DNA of 64,000 nucleotides, taken from positions 488,276 through 552,275 of the forward strand of contig JALDTO010000200.1 of the NCBI GenBank assembly GCA_023515725.1, read 5' to 3'. Within the stretch, counting starts at the first letter, position 1. The number at the start of each line of letters is the position of its first letter. A program made the position numbers and the translations under genes. Below, piece by piece: positions 23,715-37,618 of this stretch. Below the pieces are notes generated by a model. It had not been told where the DNA came from, did no database searches, and was given only the letters and a program-made list of their open reading frames with translations. This DNA is from Amoeboaphelidium protococcarum X5. Its lineage: Eukaryota; Fungi; Aphelidiomycota.

Positions 23715-26700
23715 ATGAATATGGATTTGCGCGTTAGATCTGCCGCTATGAAGTATAATGATGATTCTTCCTCCTTTAATGGTGAAGATGATGCATAGGA
23801 GGAAGATGACCATCTACAAAAATACTTGCACTCACTCTAGATGTAGACCGAGTTTTACCACGATCTATAGAGTAAATAGAACGCACTGTTTAAAAGCAGA
23901 ATTAAGGAAGACAATGACGTTGATGGATGGCGTAATAAAGAGAAATTAAAGACTGTTGGTGTCCTTATAACTGTTTGTCTCAACTTGGGTGTTGATCCTC
24001 CCGATGTTATTAAACCGACACCATGTGCTGTCATGGAAGCCTGGATTGATCCGTTTAGTAAAGAGCTGTCTAGTCACCCGCTCTTACACGTGAATGGTGG
24101 AGGTAATGGGGGTAATTCACAAGTGGCCAGTAATAATAGTAGTGATGATATAATAGAAGGTTCGGCTTTGTAGCCTTAGAAAGCCGTAGATCTTATAGCT
24201 AAAATTCTCACTTCTCATTATGAGCCATGGTAGCCGCGCGCCAGATATAAAATGCTGACGGATCCTACGCCCGAGGATTTGAAAAAGACTATGCTTCATC
24301 TGAGGAGAAATGCTGCTTATAAGTAATCATCATCATCATCGTAGCATTAGCAGGATCAAAGTGATCGCGTTCTGTGGCACTATAATGGTCATGGTGTCCC
24401 TAAGCCCACTGTAAATGGCGAGTTATGGTTCTTTAATAAAACATACACATAGTACGTACCAGTGGGAATTGGTGAAGTCAATGCTTGGCTCGGTTCTCCC
24501 TCGATTATTGTGTTGGATTGTAGCGCGGCGGGTAATTTTGTTAATGCCTATTTGAAGCACTACAGTAAGAATAGTAACACTATAATATTGGCAGCGTGTC
24601 ATGCGGATCAAACTCTACCTATGCACCCCGCTCTACCTGCAGATTTATTTACAGCGTGTCTGACTACTCCGATTCAAGCTGCGTTACATTGGTTTATGAT
24701 TAAAAATAATAGTCACGTTCCTCTATAGTCTTAGTCCAATGTTGATTTTATTGATATGGATAATGTTGCCTCTTCGCTTCTCATATCTTCTCAAGTTACT
24801 CCTCAGATGCTTCAGATGATTCCTGGTAAAGTATCTGATCGTCGAACAATGCTCGGTGAGTTGAACTGGATATTTACTGCAATTACAGATTCTATCGGCT
24901 GGGACTGTCTTAGTTAGTTGGATTAACATGGACAGAAGAATGGCGATTAAAAAGATTACGGTCTATTCAAGAAATTGTACAGACAAGATCTGATGGTGGC
25001 TGCTCTGTTTCGTAATTTTCTTCTAGCCAGGAGAGTGATGAAGTTTTATGGTGTTAATCCTATTAGTTATCCATCATTGGACTTTGATGCGTACATTGCC
25101 CACCAAATTGATGAACATTATTTGTGGGAATCTTGGGATTTGGTGTGTGAAGTCGCTTTGAATCAGCTGCCTGGTCTTCTCAATCCATCACCACCACGTC
25201 AAGACTTGGTTTACGTAAACAGTACATTCTTTGAAGATTAGTTGAATGCTTTTGAATTATGGCTCGAAGAGTAATCTCAGAATTTAAATGACAGATTGAA
25301 TAATGCTAAAGATGAAAATTAGAGTGGTAATGATACATCTCGTGTGGTCACTTCACCTCATTTGCCTATCATTTTGCAAGTGCTGCTGTCACAACATCAT
25401 AGGCTCCGTGCCTCTCTACTGCTGTCGAGGTATCTCGATCTATCGCCACATAATGTACGCGAGGCTTTGGATGTTGGAATATTCCCGTATGTCCTCAAGC
25501 TTCTTTAATCTCCCGCTGTGGAGTTGCGTATGATACTGGTCTTCATCTGGTGCAAAATTTGTGCTTGGGAAGGCTTTGTAGATGGTGTGGATGGCTGTAA
25601 AGCAGATTTGCTAAATAGCGGCTCTGTTGGTGGTGGATTTATGTACTTTGTCACTATACTGAGTCAACTTACTTCCCAGGATAATGATTATGAGTAGTAT
25701 GATGGAGATGATGATAGTGGCAAGCGGTAACAATCTGCTAATGCACTAGAGCTGGAAGCTATGTGCCTCTTCATATTGATCAAATTCACTCACAAGCACT
25801 TGGCAGCGTAAGTTAAACTTTTACAGTTGAAATGCGGCGATTTGTCATTTATGAAAATTGTCATCAAGTTGCTGGATAGTTAAAGTCCACAAGTTTAGTC
25901 TCTAGCCTGTTAGTTACTAGGAACGTTAGTAAGCTTGGGCGACCATTCATTAGCGGTTGATACTAAATAGCAAGTTAACTCTGGTGGTAAGTCAAGTCGA
26001 TCAAATTCCAATGCTTCGCTTCAGTATTGCCAGATTGTCGTTTAGAGCCGACTTGAATGCTTCTAGACGGGCATTCATGAAGATTTATTGGTCCTGTTAA
26101 CTGATGATGCTATCGAGGTTAGATGTGCGGCTGTGTATGCTCTTGGTCAAATGCTCAGTGCTCCCAAAGATGGTATTTAAAGCATTTTACCGGCAGATAC
26201 TCAGAAATAGCTATAAAATTATAGCAGAGTTGTTGGATTGACTATACTCTCCTGCTGTAGTGATGCTTCCTAAATGGTACGATTAGAGTTGATATCAGCG
26301 CTGTCATAGGTTGTGCATTCAGATACAGATGCTTTTATCGAGGTTGCGCATGGCTAATTACAAGACGAGCGTGAGAAGAGGTAGTCTTACTCTAATTCTG
26401 CTTCATCCTCATTGAAACAGTCTTCATCATTATCTAGTTAGTCGGCGGGATTTGAGAAGGATTTAACGTAAAAGTTATTTATGCAGAGACACCCCAACTT
26501 TTAGCATCAATCTTATTATCAATGTCTCTGGAAAAGTCTACTCGTCCTGTCCATGGATTCCATGTCAAGCGTGGCCAAAGAAGCCAGGTTAGTTGTGGAC
26601 TTTATCACGTATCACACGTTGGTGAAGGATCACAAGATTCAGAATTAAAGTGGTTCGCGTCCATCACTTACAGTAGCTCAGCTACTGCAGTAGTCTCATA

Positions 26701-28244
26701 ATTAAGACTCTACAGCTTCCCTCCCTGTTGGTTTTGGTAAATCGCTAGCTGATCCTGGAAGATTGATGAAGAACAACAAAATTCCTATTGGTAGCGCTGC
26801 CAAGTCGCGGTCATCAGCCTATATTGACAGTCAGTAATTCAATGCCAAGTCTTTGCAAGAAAGTTTAAAGCGTACAAGTTCTCTTAAGAAACTCACATCT
26901 AATTAGTTTCAAAGCTCCGTCAACAAGATATTTGCACCTTCTAATATTTCTGAGGAGGGAGTATCGCGGGTATATGATGGCCGGATATCTAAATAGAAAA
27001 GTTAGCAAGAAGTTACATAGTCTGGTTTTGACAAGGAGTCGCATTAACTGCCGCTTGCCAGCTTTATTCTGCAGATGAGCCTGTAGTCTTACCGGAAATC
27101 TGTACTTTCGCGGAGTGATTTGACTTTGCCTGGAGGTATGCAGTTCATGGAGCGTGTTAGTAAATTAGATAACTTATCAAGAGTCGTTGATTCCGTTAGA
27201 TCTCAGGTCCAACAACGGTAAAAGTTTCCCTTTGAGCACAGGATGGCTATCATCGACTCGTCGATGCTGAATACCTCAATTTTAAACTTTCATGCTGTTG
27301 AAGACTGGCTACTCTCAGTTCATAATGGTGCGGTTATAAGAGTTTGGGATTATACGTAATCATCAAATAAGAAGATATCAACTTTCAAAGTACCCTGCCC
27401 CAATAAGAATGCTTCCCACGTCACCTGTGCATAGTTTATAAATGAAGTAGACCGCTCTCTGATAGCCGTGGCATCTAATGATGGGTAGATACGAATTTAT
27501 GAAGGCATCGGAGTTGATAAGAAGCCAGCGATTATGACGGCCTGGACAGCTTTACCGGAGCTATTTCCAGATGAGACTGGCTGTGGAATGATTTTCAAGT
27601 GGAACTAATAGAGAGGGGATTTCATGGTGGGTGGCGATGTCCGCTAGATTCGTCTCTGGTCTGCCGTGAAACAGCTCAACTACTGCGATATTCCCACCAA
27701 GAGTTTGTCTAGTCTGACCTGTCTTGATGAAGTCGATGATAATGTCCTTCTAGCCGGGTTCGGTGATGGCACAGTTCGCGCGTACGATAAGCGACTCGAC
27801 TCGAGGCAGTGTATGGTGATGTAGATGGAGGAGCACAAGGAGTGGGTACTGAATGTGAGGCAATAGCGCGGAGCTGATAGGATGGTCGTATCTGCAAGTA
27901 CTGACTCTGTAGTGAAGATAGTGGATTTCAGAACAACATCAGTGCTAGAATCTATTGTCGCTGATGGAGGAAAGAGTGTATCCTGTATGGCACTTCATGA
28001 TTTTGCCCCAGTTATGGCTATTGGTAGTGAGCTACAATTTGTAAAAGTGATGCAAACCTCTCCATCTTCGCATACGACTTGGAATAATATTCGCTACAAC
28101 GATGAGGGTCTCCTTATGGGATAAAGAATTGCGTCCGTGAGTTGTGTAGCTTTCCATCCTCATAAACTGATGATGGCGTTTGGTGGAATGGACCAGATGA
28201 TACCAATTTACAATGTACAGTCCGGATTGTCGCAGTCGTTGTGA
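23715..28244 (+). CDS. KOG1: TORC1 subunit Raptor/Kog1 (1509 aa)
   Basis: [83 protein letters not shown] region, C-terminal WD40; conserved Q positions are TAG. Confidence 0.97.
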
Positions 28245-28332
28245 ATACTTATATAACAATACTCATCTCTTTTATATCAAAAGTGAATGTAAAATATAAT
28301 TATTATTATTATAAAATTCTTGCTACATCTAT

Positions 28333-28791
28333 TCACACCATATCTTCTAATTTGAGTCCAGCCGTGATCTAATCAATAAGTTTTACATGTTGAGCAATCT
28401 GAGCGCGTTTAAACGAAATGTTATCCAAGTGAGTGCCCATATTGGCAACGTGATCAAATGTCCGCTTTAGACTCTGTTCGCCTTTACTAGCATTGGAGAT
28501 AAACGACTTGTTCTCAGGTTGCATGTCTTTCCCCAACTAGCGGGCCATTTAATTGAGATCTATAATAGAAGATCTTAATCTCGATCTCAGAGCTCGCCGT
28601 GTAGGATTCAGGATTCTGTCCATCTGAGTTTGGTCTAGCCTTGATTATGATGATTGTGGTTGCTACTATAGTTTTCTCATTTACGCTGGAGTGTTCGCAT
28701 TACTCTCATTGAGTGAGGAGTAGTTATTAATACCATGTAAATCATCGTTGCTTCTATTGTTGAGAGACTACTGGCTATCTCCACGCTCCAT
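28333..28791 (-). CDS. BORC subunit 7 (BORCS7)-like coiled-coil protein (152 aa)
   Basis: LRSRLRSSIIDLNQMARQL...GEQSLKRTFDHVANMGTHLDNI resembles the BORCS7 helices; ATG to TGA in one frame. Confidence 0.5.
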
Positions 28792-29410
28792 CAGCAATGT
28801 TTAAAGTTCAAACTTTTCAATCCTGCAAGTTTGAAGCAATGTTTAACGAAACGCGAAAACTACTATAACTGATTCGGCTTGTTGTATTGATGGTTCGTAC
28901 ATTCAATAGCTCAAACACGGTAAATATAGTATAATAAAATGCCAGTACAGTATATCGACAGCATTTAGCTTGAACTATAGTTAGCTTATGATTATCATTC
29001 TCGAAATGGTAGTTTCAGTACTGTTTGATGTACATATAATTACTTTGACCGGTACGCAATGAACTTTCACTGGAGAGTGCCCCTAATCAGTCAATGGTTG
29101 GTAACGTTCAAGATGAGTGACTAGTCAAGATGCAGAATTGTTTGACTAATAATATCGTCAAATAGCAATAAATGAACGTAGATCTTTTGTATTTTCCCCT
29201 AAATAGTAAGCTTACATACAGGCTTCGACAATACCATCGCCAAATCTAGGCGACCTCTAACAGCGGACCGCTAGAGAACATCCTTTCCAGGAGGTAAAAC
29301 TGATGAAATTCAACCGAAAACGCCGAAAACACGGTCAATGACCTTTTACTGTTTGATTGAGAAAATTAGTCAAAAAAACTAAACTCGAATAAAACATCAC
29401 GATATTTGAT

Positions 29411-30310
29411 ATGGCTTTCCCAAGCAGAGGTGGTGGAAGAGGTGGACGCGGTGGATTTGGTGGTGGAAGAGGTGGTAGCGGCGGAAGAGGTGGAGGTAGA
29501 GGTGCATCAAGAGGTGGTGGCCGTGGCAGGGGTGCTCCAAGAGGCGGTGGCCGCGGTGGAGCCAAATTTGGTTTGGGTGGTAAGAAAGCACCTCCAAAGG
29601 TGATCATTGAGCCTCATCGTCATGCTGGTGTGTTTATCGCGCGTGGTAAGGAAGATTTGCTTGTCACCAGAAATCTTGTGCCTGGCGAGTCTGTATATGG
29701 AGAGAAGCGAATTGCTGTTGAAAATGCTGATGGCACTAAAGTCGAGTATCGCGTCTGGAATCCATTTAGATCTAAGCTTTGTGCCGGTATCGTTGGTGGT
29801 ATTGACAAGATTCACATTGCTCCTGGTACCAAGGTGCTTTATCTGGGTGGATCCAGTGGTACCACTGTGTCCCACGTTGCTGATATTGTCGGCCCAGAAG
29901 GTATGGTGTACGCTGTTGAATTCTCTCACAGATCCGGACGTGATTTGATCAATATGGCCAAGAAGAGAACTAATGTACTACCTATCATTGAAGATGCGCG
30001 TCATCCACACAAGTACAGAATGCTGGTTCCTATGGTGGATGTCGTTTTCGCGGACGTTGCACAACCTGATCAAGCGCGTATCGTTGCTCTTAATGCAAGC
30101 CATTTCCTAAAAACTGGCGGCCATGTTGTTGTCAGTATCAAGGCAAACTGTATCGACAGTACCGTTGATGCTGCAACTGTTTTCGCCAAGGAAGTGAAGA
30201 AGATGCAAGAGGAGAAGATCAAGCCTCAGGAACAGCTGACTCTTGAGCCTTATGAGAGAGATCACGCGTTAGTTGTCGGTGTATATCGTCCTGCTCCAAA
30301 GAAGAAGTGA
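29411..30310 (+). CDS. NOP1: Fibrillarin, rRNA 2'-O-methyltransferase
   Basis: GAR N-terminus; [53 protein letters not shown]. Confidence 0.99.
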   Translation: MAFPSRGGGRGGRGGFGGGRGGSGGRGGGRGASRGGGRGRGAPRGGGRGGAKFGLGGKKAPPKVIIEPHRHAGVFIARGKEDLLVTRNLVPGESVYGEKRIAVENADGTKVEYRVWNPFRSKLCAGIVGGIDKIHIAPGTKVLYLGGSSGTTVSHVADIVGPEGMVYAVEFSHRSGRDLINMAKKRTNVLPIIEDARHPHKYRMLVPMVDVVFADVAQPDQARIVALNASHFLKTGGHVVVSIKANCIDSTVDAATVFAKEVKKMQEEKIKPQEQLTLEPYERDHALVVGVYRPAPKKK

Positions 30311-30535
30311 TTGAATAGTTTAAATAAATTATATTGGTTATCGATATCCTTATTTTTCTCCCCCTGTAGTACCTGATAATACCTTTAAGAGTGAATGCAT
30401 GTCAAATGACTCCGATTCGTTCAATCTGGAAATTGCCCAATCACAGCGCGTCTCTCTTAAACTTTCCCGATCCCTTAAATTTACAAATTCTCTCTCTCTC
30501 TCTTCATCTGTGTCTAGGATATTATTGTATTCATT

Positions 30536-31963
30536 ATGACACTGCAGGATCGATAACCATTGTTGGACAATTTCCGGGACTCTAAATAGTCAGTGGAGTC
30601 TTATTAAACCGCCGACACCACTTTATAGCCTTTGCAAGATGATGGTAATACATCTGTGCTCGGTGTGGCGTTTAATTTGGTCAATACCACGGTCGGCGCT
30701 GGCATTATTGGGCTTAGTTACGCGGTGAGTAATGCTGGATTTGGCCTTGGTATTATACTTACTGTATGCGTCGCGTATCTATCTTGTGCTTCTATTATTC
30801 TCATGATAAAAGCTGGTGAACTGGTGGATGTTTACTCCTTTGCCGGGCTTGCGAATCACGCCCTTGGCCGGCCTGGCTTTTGGCTGGTCAATCTTGTTAT
30901 TGCCACTAATGGTATTGGTACAATGGTGTCTTACATTATTATATTAGGTAGTTCATTTCCAAGTATTGCGGCAACATATGCACCTGACGCTAAACTGCTT
31001 TAAAATCGAATTTTCATCATTGTATTGGTCAGTGTGCTGTTTGTCTTCCCTCTGGTCTTGTACAAGAAAATCAATAAACTCGCCAAAGTTAGCGTCATTG
31101 GTGTCGCGTGTACTCCTATTGTGATTGCCTTAATTATCTATCGCGCTTTCATCAATCCTGCTGAAGGAGTACACCCAATTCCTAGGAGTGAGTACACATT
31201 CATCGGTAATAATGTATTCTCTGCGATAGGCGTGATGGCATTCGCTTTCGTTTCAAATCAGACGGCGTTTCTGAATTACGGCGCTTTGAAGAGGCGAAAC
31301 ATCAAGCGATGGTCACTGGCGTCTTTCATCTCAGCCAACGTATCTTTATTTGTTTCTCTCGGACTGGCTGTTGTTGGGTACATGGCTTTTGGAGATAAGG
31401 TCAAGGACAATATTCTCAATTCCTTCCCGGAGAATGATCATATTGCTAATGCCGCCAGATTTATACTCGCGTTTTCTCTCATACTCACTTATCCTATGGC
31501 CTTCTTTCCTACCAGAGATGCCGTGTTGAGAATGCTTGGATTGAGATCAAAACATCGCTAGCCAAATAACGCGTAGTTTTACTCTATTACAACATTAATA
31601 TTTTCAGTGACAGTTGGTATCGCGCTGCTTGTGGAGAATCTTGGACTTGTTTATGAGTTGGTTGGTGGTATATGCTCTACGTTTATTGCGTATATAATAC
31701 CAGGTTTTGCGGGCTTCCTAATCTACCTTCGATTAAGAAAAGGTAACATTTGGAAGAGCGATAGTGGCACTGAGTCTCCACTTCTCACCAAGGATATTGC
31801 TAGTGTCAGTAGTGCGGACAACATTGAGATTCAGGTGCTTCCTATCGCGTCATCTGAGCAGAAACACTCTTAAACCGCCAAATTAGTTTTATGCGCAGTA
31901 CTGGTTACATTTGGAATATTTGTTATGGTCACATCGACAATCTTTTCGTTGCGTAAATTATGA
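30536..31963 (+). CDS. Aa_trans family amino acid transporter (Avt2/SLC38A11-like)
   Basis: AFNLVNTTVGAGIIGLSYA, AIGVMAFAFVS, GYMAFGDKVKDNILNSFP; many TM helices; three ORF fragments joined by TAR. Confidence 0.9.
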
Positions 31964-32537
31964 TATTCAATGGTGATAGAATAAAGTTTCATCCAATTTC
32001 TACTCTGTGTTTATTGACTTTTTCAATCCCTTGATACTTAGTTTGATTTATCTCCATCAGTTGATCTTATAATAAGTTGTAGCATTTTCAGCAATGAAGC
32101 TAGTATGGTGAATATGTAACAGACGAAGCCTGACAGACTAAGCACTGCTCAGATTTTACGCGTCGCAAAACAAGTGACAACATGATCAAATGAAGAAAGC
32201 GCAAAGATAGAGTCGACATAAGATTAATGCTGGTATGTAAGATATTGTAGACTATAAAATGTGCGCCAAAACTACAGACATAACATAATATTAAAGTCAT
32301 GTTATGCACGTTATGTAAACAAAGGCAATTGATTTCCTCCTTCTGCGTAGTTAATCGCCATAATTAACGCGACCAACGGATTGTCCGGAGTTGGTAAGTT
32401 TTAATTGAAGAAGAGAAGGGGAAGAGGTATCAATCGGATTCGGTTAAAAGTACCACGCACGACAATCACAACAGAACAAGTAAGTTAAAGCTACACTATA
32501 TTCAACATTTTATTTACTGAGACTGTTCTCAAATAAG

Positions 32538-33083
32538 TCACTGCCTGTAGCGTTTACTTCGCGGCTGATTATTATAAGAATTCTAGTAGCCGCCGCGATC
32601 TTGATACCCATACGACGAATCTTCTTGTTGGCGCGCACGCTTTCCATATCCACCTCTGCATTCGTCAAAATCATCGCGCATTTCATCTCTGACCTGTCCT
32701 CCGCTCTTGCCACGTCCATATTGTCGCCCATCAGTAAACCCAGGATCCAGATCAATCCTAATGTGACGATCATCCAACTTGGTCCCGCTGAGATACTTTA
32801 TAGCACTAAACGCGTCTTCACGCTTGTAAAACTCAACAAAACAGAATCCACATGGTGTCAGCTGATGCCTGTCGAGTCCCATAATAATCTTTTTAATGCT
32901 AGCCTCATTGCCAACGCGCGAGAATGCAGCATACAACTGCTCCTCAGTAGTGTAAAAGCTCAGATTGCCAACATACACTGTAGCTGAATTCTTAATTGCC
33001 ACAGCATACTCTTCTTATGTACCCTTGAAATATCTATCTTTATATTCTGAGTAAGCTGCCAGAGATTAAACCAGAGAAGCCAT
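32538..33083 (-). CDS. CBC2: Nuclear cap-binding protein subunit 2 (CBP20)
   Basis: [15 protein letters not shown]...IIMGLDR...[10 protein letters not shown]...[16 protein letters not shown]. Confidence 0.97.
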
Positions 33084-33203
33084 GTTGATGGAGTCTAAAT
33101 GTCCTTATTAATTGGTGGTCGATTCCTCGTCAAAGAACTTTTCTATTTTCAATTTGGAGAAGAAAGTGCACGATTATTATTACAAAAGTTCAAGCATCCA
33201 ATT

Positions 33204-33671
33204 ATGAGCGACACTAATGCAACAGAGTAGAAGGAGGGAAATTAGAAATTGAGCTAGTTGAGTCTTGATGAGAGTAAAGTGGATTCTTAGAAAGATATTG
33301 AAAAGGTGACTGATTTCTCAGAAGAAGCAACGTTGGACGTGTCCAAAATCAATAATGCCATGAATTTTCTGTCAACTGATAAAGGTTAGCCTGCTGTTAA
33401 GACATCTCAGTAAGACACTGCTGACAACTCGAATGGACCTGCTAAAAAGTATTTTAATTTTATATCTTGTTAATGTCATTGATTGATCAAGTTAAACTCT
33501 AAATGTTTGTGTAGAATGAATAAGATTCTGATCAAGAAGGAGGATATAGAGAGTTTGATGCGCGAGTTTAACATGTCCAAAGCTATGGCTGAAAAGTACT
33601 TGAAGAAGCATAGCGGCAATCTGCTAGAATGTGCACTTGATATTATGAATTCAAACACGTTCCCATTTTGA
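33204..33671 (+). CDS. HYPK: HYPK (NatA-associated chaperone); 1 intron
   Basis: KDIEKVTDFSEE and a UBA-like IKKEDIESLMREFNMSKAMAEKYLKKHSGNL. Confidence 0.8.
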
Positions 33672-33802
33672 TTTTTATATTGCGATAATCTTACCGTTTG
33701 CCGTTCGTTCTCTTACTAGAATTTCTATTCTTCACAACGCGTCCAATCCACCACTCATTGTTTTAATCAATTTATTATTTTTATATTCAAGCAATAGATA
33801 AT

Positions 33803-34438
33803 ATGCCTAGAAAGAAAGCTGCTGCAAAGTAGAGCGGGGATGGAAGCGATTTAGAGGATGAATTGGGCATTGTGTAAGGACTCGTTATGCCATCGAATGA
33901 ACAGGATTACACAGTCGCGGGAGTCAATTAAGATAATCAATAAGGCCATGATAACAACGCTGAAGATGATGACGAATTTGATACGTTCCTAGAAGATCCA
34001 GTGATGATGCCTTATAAGAATGCCGGAGATACAGATCTTGATGAATAACAACGCGCCTTGGCTCAAGCCAAGAAGATGAAAATGTTGATGGATCAGATGA
34101 CGCCAGGACAGTTGCAGCGATATGAGCTCTTCCGAAGTTGCGGATTTCCAAAAGGTGGAATCAGGAGAGTGGTTTAGTAGACTATCGATGCATTGCATGG
34201 GAGTAATTAGACATAAGCAAAGGCGGGTGCTGTCAGTGAAAAGGTTGCCATTGTGGTTGGTGGTGCCGCCAAGATGTTTGTAGGCGAAGTGATTGAAGCG
34301 GCGATTGACGTGAGGCGGCGATTTTGCGCCCAGAATTGCATTCCATATGATGATAGTGTCGCACTGACACCTCAAGAACTTCGGTATGGATATCTGGCGT
34401 TATAATAAAGAAGAAAATGTCCTTATAACTTGAACTGA
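33803..34438 (+). CDS. TAF11: TFIID subunit TAF11
   Basis: QMTPGQLQRYELFRSCGFPKGGIRR...VAIVVGGAAKMFVGEVIEAA...LTPQELR. Confidence 0.9.
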
Positions 34439-34495
34439 TGATGGGAGTATCGGGCTAAATGTATATAATACACGCGTTTGTGGATTTTCATTAGA

Positions 34496-35267
34496 TCATA
34501 GACGCCTTGTGGTACGCTTCTTGGAGTCCATCTTTTTTATCGTCGATTTAGCTTTACCGCTGCTGTCCACAAGTTCATCTTCACCGCTAATTGCGCGCTT
34601 CTTCACAGACTAATCTGACACTTAGTCAGCAGACTGAGTACTCGGGACAGTATTCTCTGCATTCTATTCAGTGACTTGATCGTCGCAGGATTATAGCGCG
34701 ACCTGTTTCTTGCTCAACTGCATCAAGCGATTATACTCTTACAAGACACTGCGACAATGAACATCACACAAAATCTTGACACGGCGACAATACTCGCCAT
34801 AATCTTCCAACAGCATCTTCCCTGCTTCCTCATTAAGCGCACTTTCAGGATTAGGATCAATTAGCAGACACCTAATGGTAATCAGAATTTACTTGATCGT
34901 AGTGTCTCTGGTCCAGTCTTTTTTCAGTGTATTTAGACAGATTTCGCCTGTCTGTGGATGCAAATTCGGATGGAACGTCTTGGTTACAAAAGTGCACTTG
35001 GGCGGCGTATCGGGATAAGTATCGGTTAGTTGCATCTTGATTTTGAAGCAGCCATGATCAAATGGAGTCAATTCTACATAAGGTCGTTAGTATTAATAAC
35101 ACCTAAATTGCCGCAGAGCTAGAATTACCTGGTCCGAGCATGTAAACTTCAACCTTGCTCAAATCTTCGTCGTCGGCAATCAGTTTTATACCTTCCAAAT
35201 CTGATTATTGCACCTACTGCACTTCTTTAAGCCACTTTTTATACACTGAGCTTGCAATACTTAACAT
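34496..35267 (-). CDS. UBE2S: Ubiquitin-conjugating enzyme UBE2S-type; 1 intron
   Basis: [12 protein letters not shown]...[30 protein letters not shown]; basic C-terminal tail KKRTTRRL. Confidence 0.9.
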
Positions 35268-35763
35268 AATATTTAAAAAATTTTACTGTATTTAAGTCTT
35301 AAGAGTGCAATAATATTCTGTTTCAATCGATTTGTTTCAACCGAGGAATAGAAATTGTACTTTGTGATTACTTCAGTTTACAGTATACTGCAAATTAATA
35401 AAGATAAGAAACTTGAGGTCTCTTATGGTTAATCAATCAATTTTTGAATCCTATAACTATATGGACATTAATGATAAAGACAATCTGTGCTCAAATTGAC
35501 CAACGCGGTGTCCGTTTCGGATTAGACAATTACACCAATATTATGTTTGACGCCTAAGATTCATCTTGCTGTTAAGTAAAACTATTCTCAACAGCTTGAT
35601 AGTGTTGACTTTATGAGTCGATCTTATCATAACAATTGATAGCAGAAACACACTAAAGAACTGACGCGTTTTATGACTGGAAAAGTCTCAGCGTCTTCGG
35701 CATTTGGCTTTGTTTCAGCGCACCATCACCTCACCTTTAACACAGATTAGGCTAGCAAGCAGT

Positions 35764-37015
35764 ATGGAAGAGCTATAGACTTTAAAGCAAGAGCTGAAAT
35801 AATGGGAAAATAACTTTAAGAAAACCAATGGCAGAGATCCTTCAAAACAGGACATTGATCTGTAACCTGAGATAGGTATGTATTGCTTTGGACTTTTGGT
35901 TTCGATTGCCATGATTCGCAATGAATGTAGTAAAAAAGTATAAGAGTTATAATAAACTAAAAGACAAGACCAAGTCTGATAATACTAAGCTCCCATAAAA
36001 ATAAATCGTATAGAAAGTTGATTAAGTGCAGAGTGCCCAAGTGGTCAGAGACAACAAGAGCAAGTTGGAGAGTAAATTGAAGAAGCTGAAAACTGTCCAC
36101 GACGAAGAGATCGCTGCCACTCCTGGTGTGAAGTAGAGTAGTGGACTCCTTGAATTGTTTTAATCTCCATGCAGGTCCAAGAATAAGTCAAACTCAAAAC
36201 TGATATCCAAATTGTATACGGTCCAGGAGAAGGCTGTTGATGACGCAAGTGAACAGATCAAGATTGAGCGTGAAGAGCAGCAGTTCGAGGAGGCGTATGT
36301 CTCTGTGAAGGTTGTCCAATCGCGTCAATCGAGACCGCAACCTGTGAAATCCAGTGTTAAGAAGCGTCTATTCTTATCTGTTGATGCTAAACCGACTGCT
36401 CAGGAGTATAATATATTCCAAAGTCCTGCAGCAAGAAAAGGCATCATGAGAAACTCTCAAGGTACTGAAGCGGTGGAAAGGCGTCTGAATTTAGAGTTGA
36501 TTCTACAGTCTCCTTACCAGAGTCTGAAACAAGTGACCGCTAAAGAGGAAGCAGATGATGAAGAAAGTGGAGATTAAGTCGATGATTAGACGGCTTAGTT
36601 GAAGCCGCCAACTTTTGATGATGATCAGCCATTGAATGATTATCAAGATCAAGAGGTAGGATATTCGTCGACTTCGTATCTAATATCCCAAATTAATTAC
36701 AACATTATCTATTGTAGAATGATTAAAAGTACGTGAAAAAGAACAAGAAGCCTATTCTTGGCAAGAGATAGACTAGTAAAAGAAAGTTGGAGCCTGTTTA
36801 TAAATCCACTGAAGTTGCTGGTGCAGGAAAATCGTAACAATCGTCTAAATCAGGGCGTGCACCACAAGCGAGACGTCTTAAAACCAATCGACGCGGCAAC
36901 AAGTCCATCTCAATTGATTATTCAAAGTAAGCTCATTTATCTGTCTCGATTTTGTGATTTATATCCCTTGTGTAGAGTTGACAAGATTGCTGTAAAGACT
37001 GAGTATAAGCGCTGA
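35764..37015 (+). CDS. SLD2: Sld2/Drc1 replication initiation factor; 3 probable introns
   Basis: LKQELKQWENNFKKTNGRDPSKQDID...KKYKSYNKLK (Sld2/RecQ4 N-terminal domain); downstream TP/SP sites. Confidence 0.75.
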
Positions 37016-37144
37016 TGTATCGGACTCAATTTATATGTATCGCTATGTGATTTGTTTGTTTCAATAATACTGACTTTATAGTTTCATGGATGATTTTTAT
37101 CAACGATCTATTCTTGTTCTTTATCATCATCAAACCAGTTCATA

Positions 37145-37552
37145 ATGGCAGATAATGCAACAAATACTATTGAGCCGGAAAAGAATTAAAAATAAGGGAA
37201 AAACACATCGCTCTAATAGGTGTGTGGACTTGATTTTGTGTATCAGTCAAAGAGACACAAAGGCAAGGTGCCCAATTTCTATTTGAGCAGAAGGAGGCAA
37301 CTTTTATTCGCCAAGTATTCTAATCCTTCCAGTTAAAATACAATCCAAAAAGAGGTAAATTGTTCATATGAATGTTCTCAGAGTATTCCAATTGATAATC
37401 GTGGTGATAGTAATTAAATATTGTAGGCTGATGGCATTGATTAAAGTTACTGCGAAACTAGAAAGCTGTTGCTTGCCCGTAAATATGGCAATCCGCCTTC
37501 AATAACTTCCATTCATTAATTGAAACATGCATTTAACGCTATGCAAGAGTGA
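37145..37552 (+). CDS. Small hypothetical protein (111 aa) with a duplicated motif; intron 37355-37426
   Basis: ATG, phase-0 GT-AG intron, TGA; motif RRQLLFAKYSNP / RKLLLARKYGNP occurs twice. Confidence 0.5.
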
Positions 37553-37618
37553 AAGATGGATTAATGATATTGTGTGTATAAAGGATAGAATAAAATATCA
37601 GTAATAATCGATTGATAG

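Noticed and set aside
29411-30310. Fibrillarin has no TAR codons, suggesting highly expressed genes avoid them
   Set aside because: It has only five Gln codons, and RPS19 and AspRS use TAG freely; needs genome-wide statistics.
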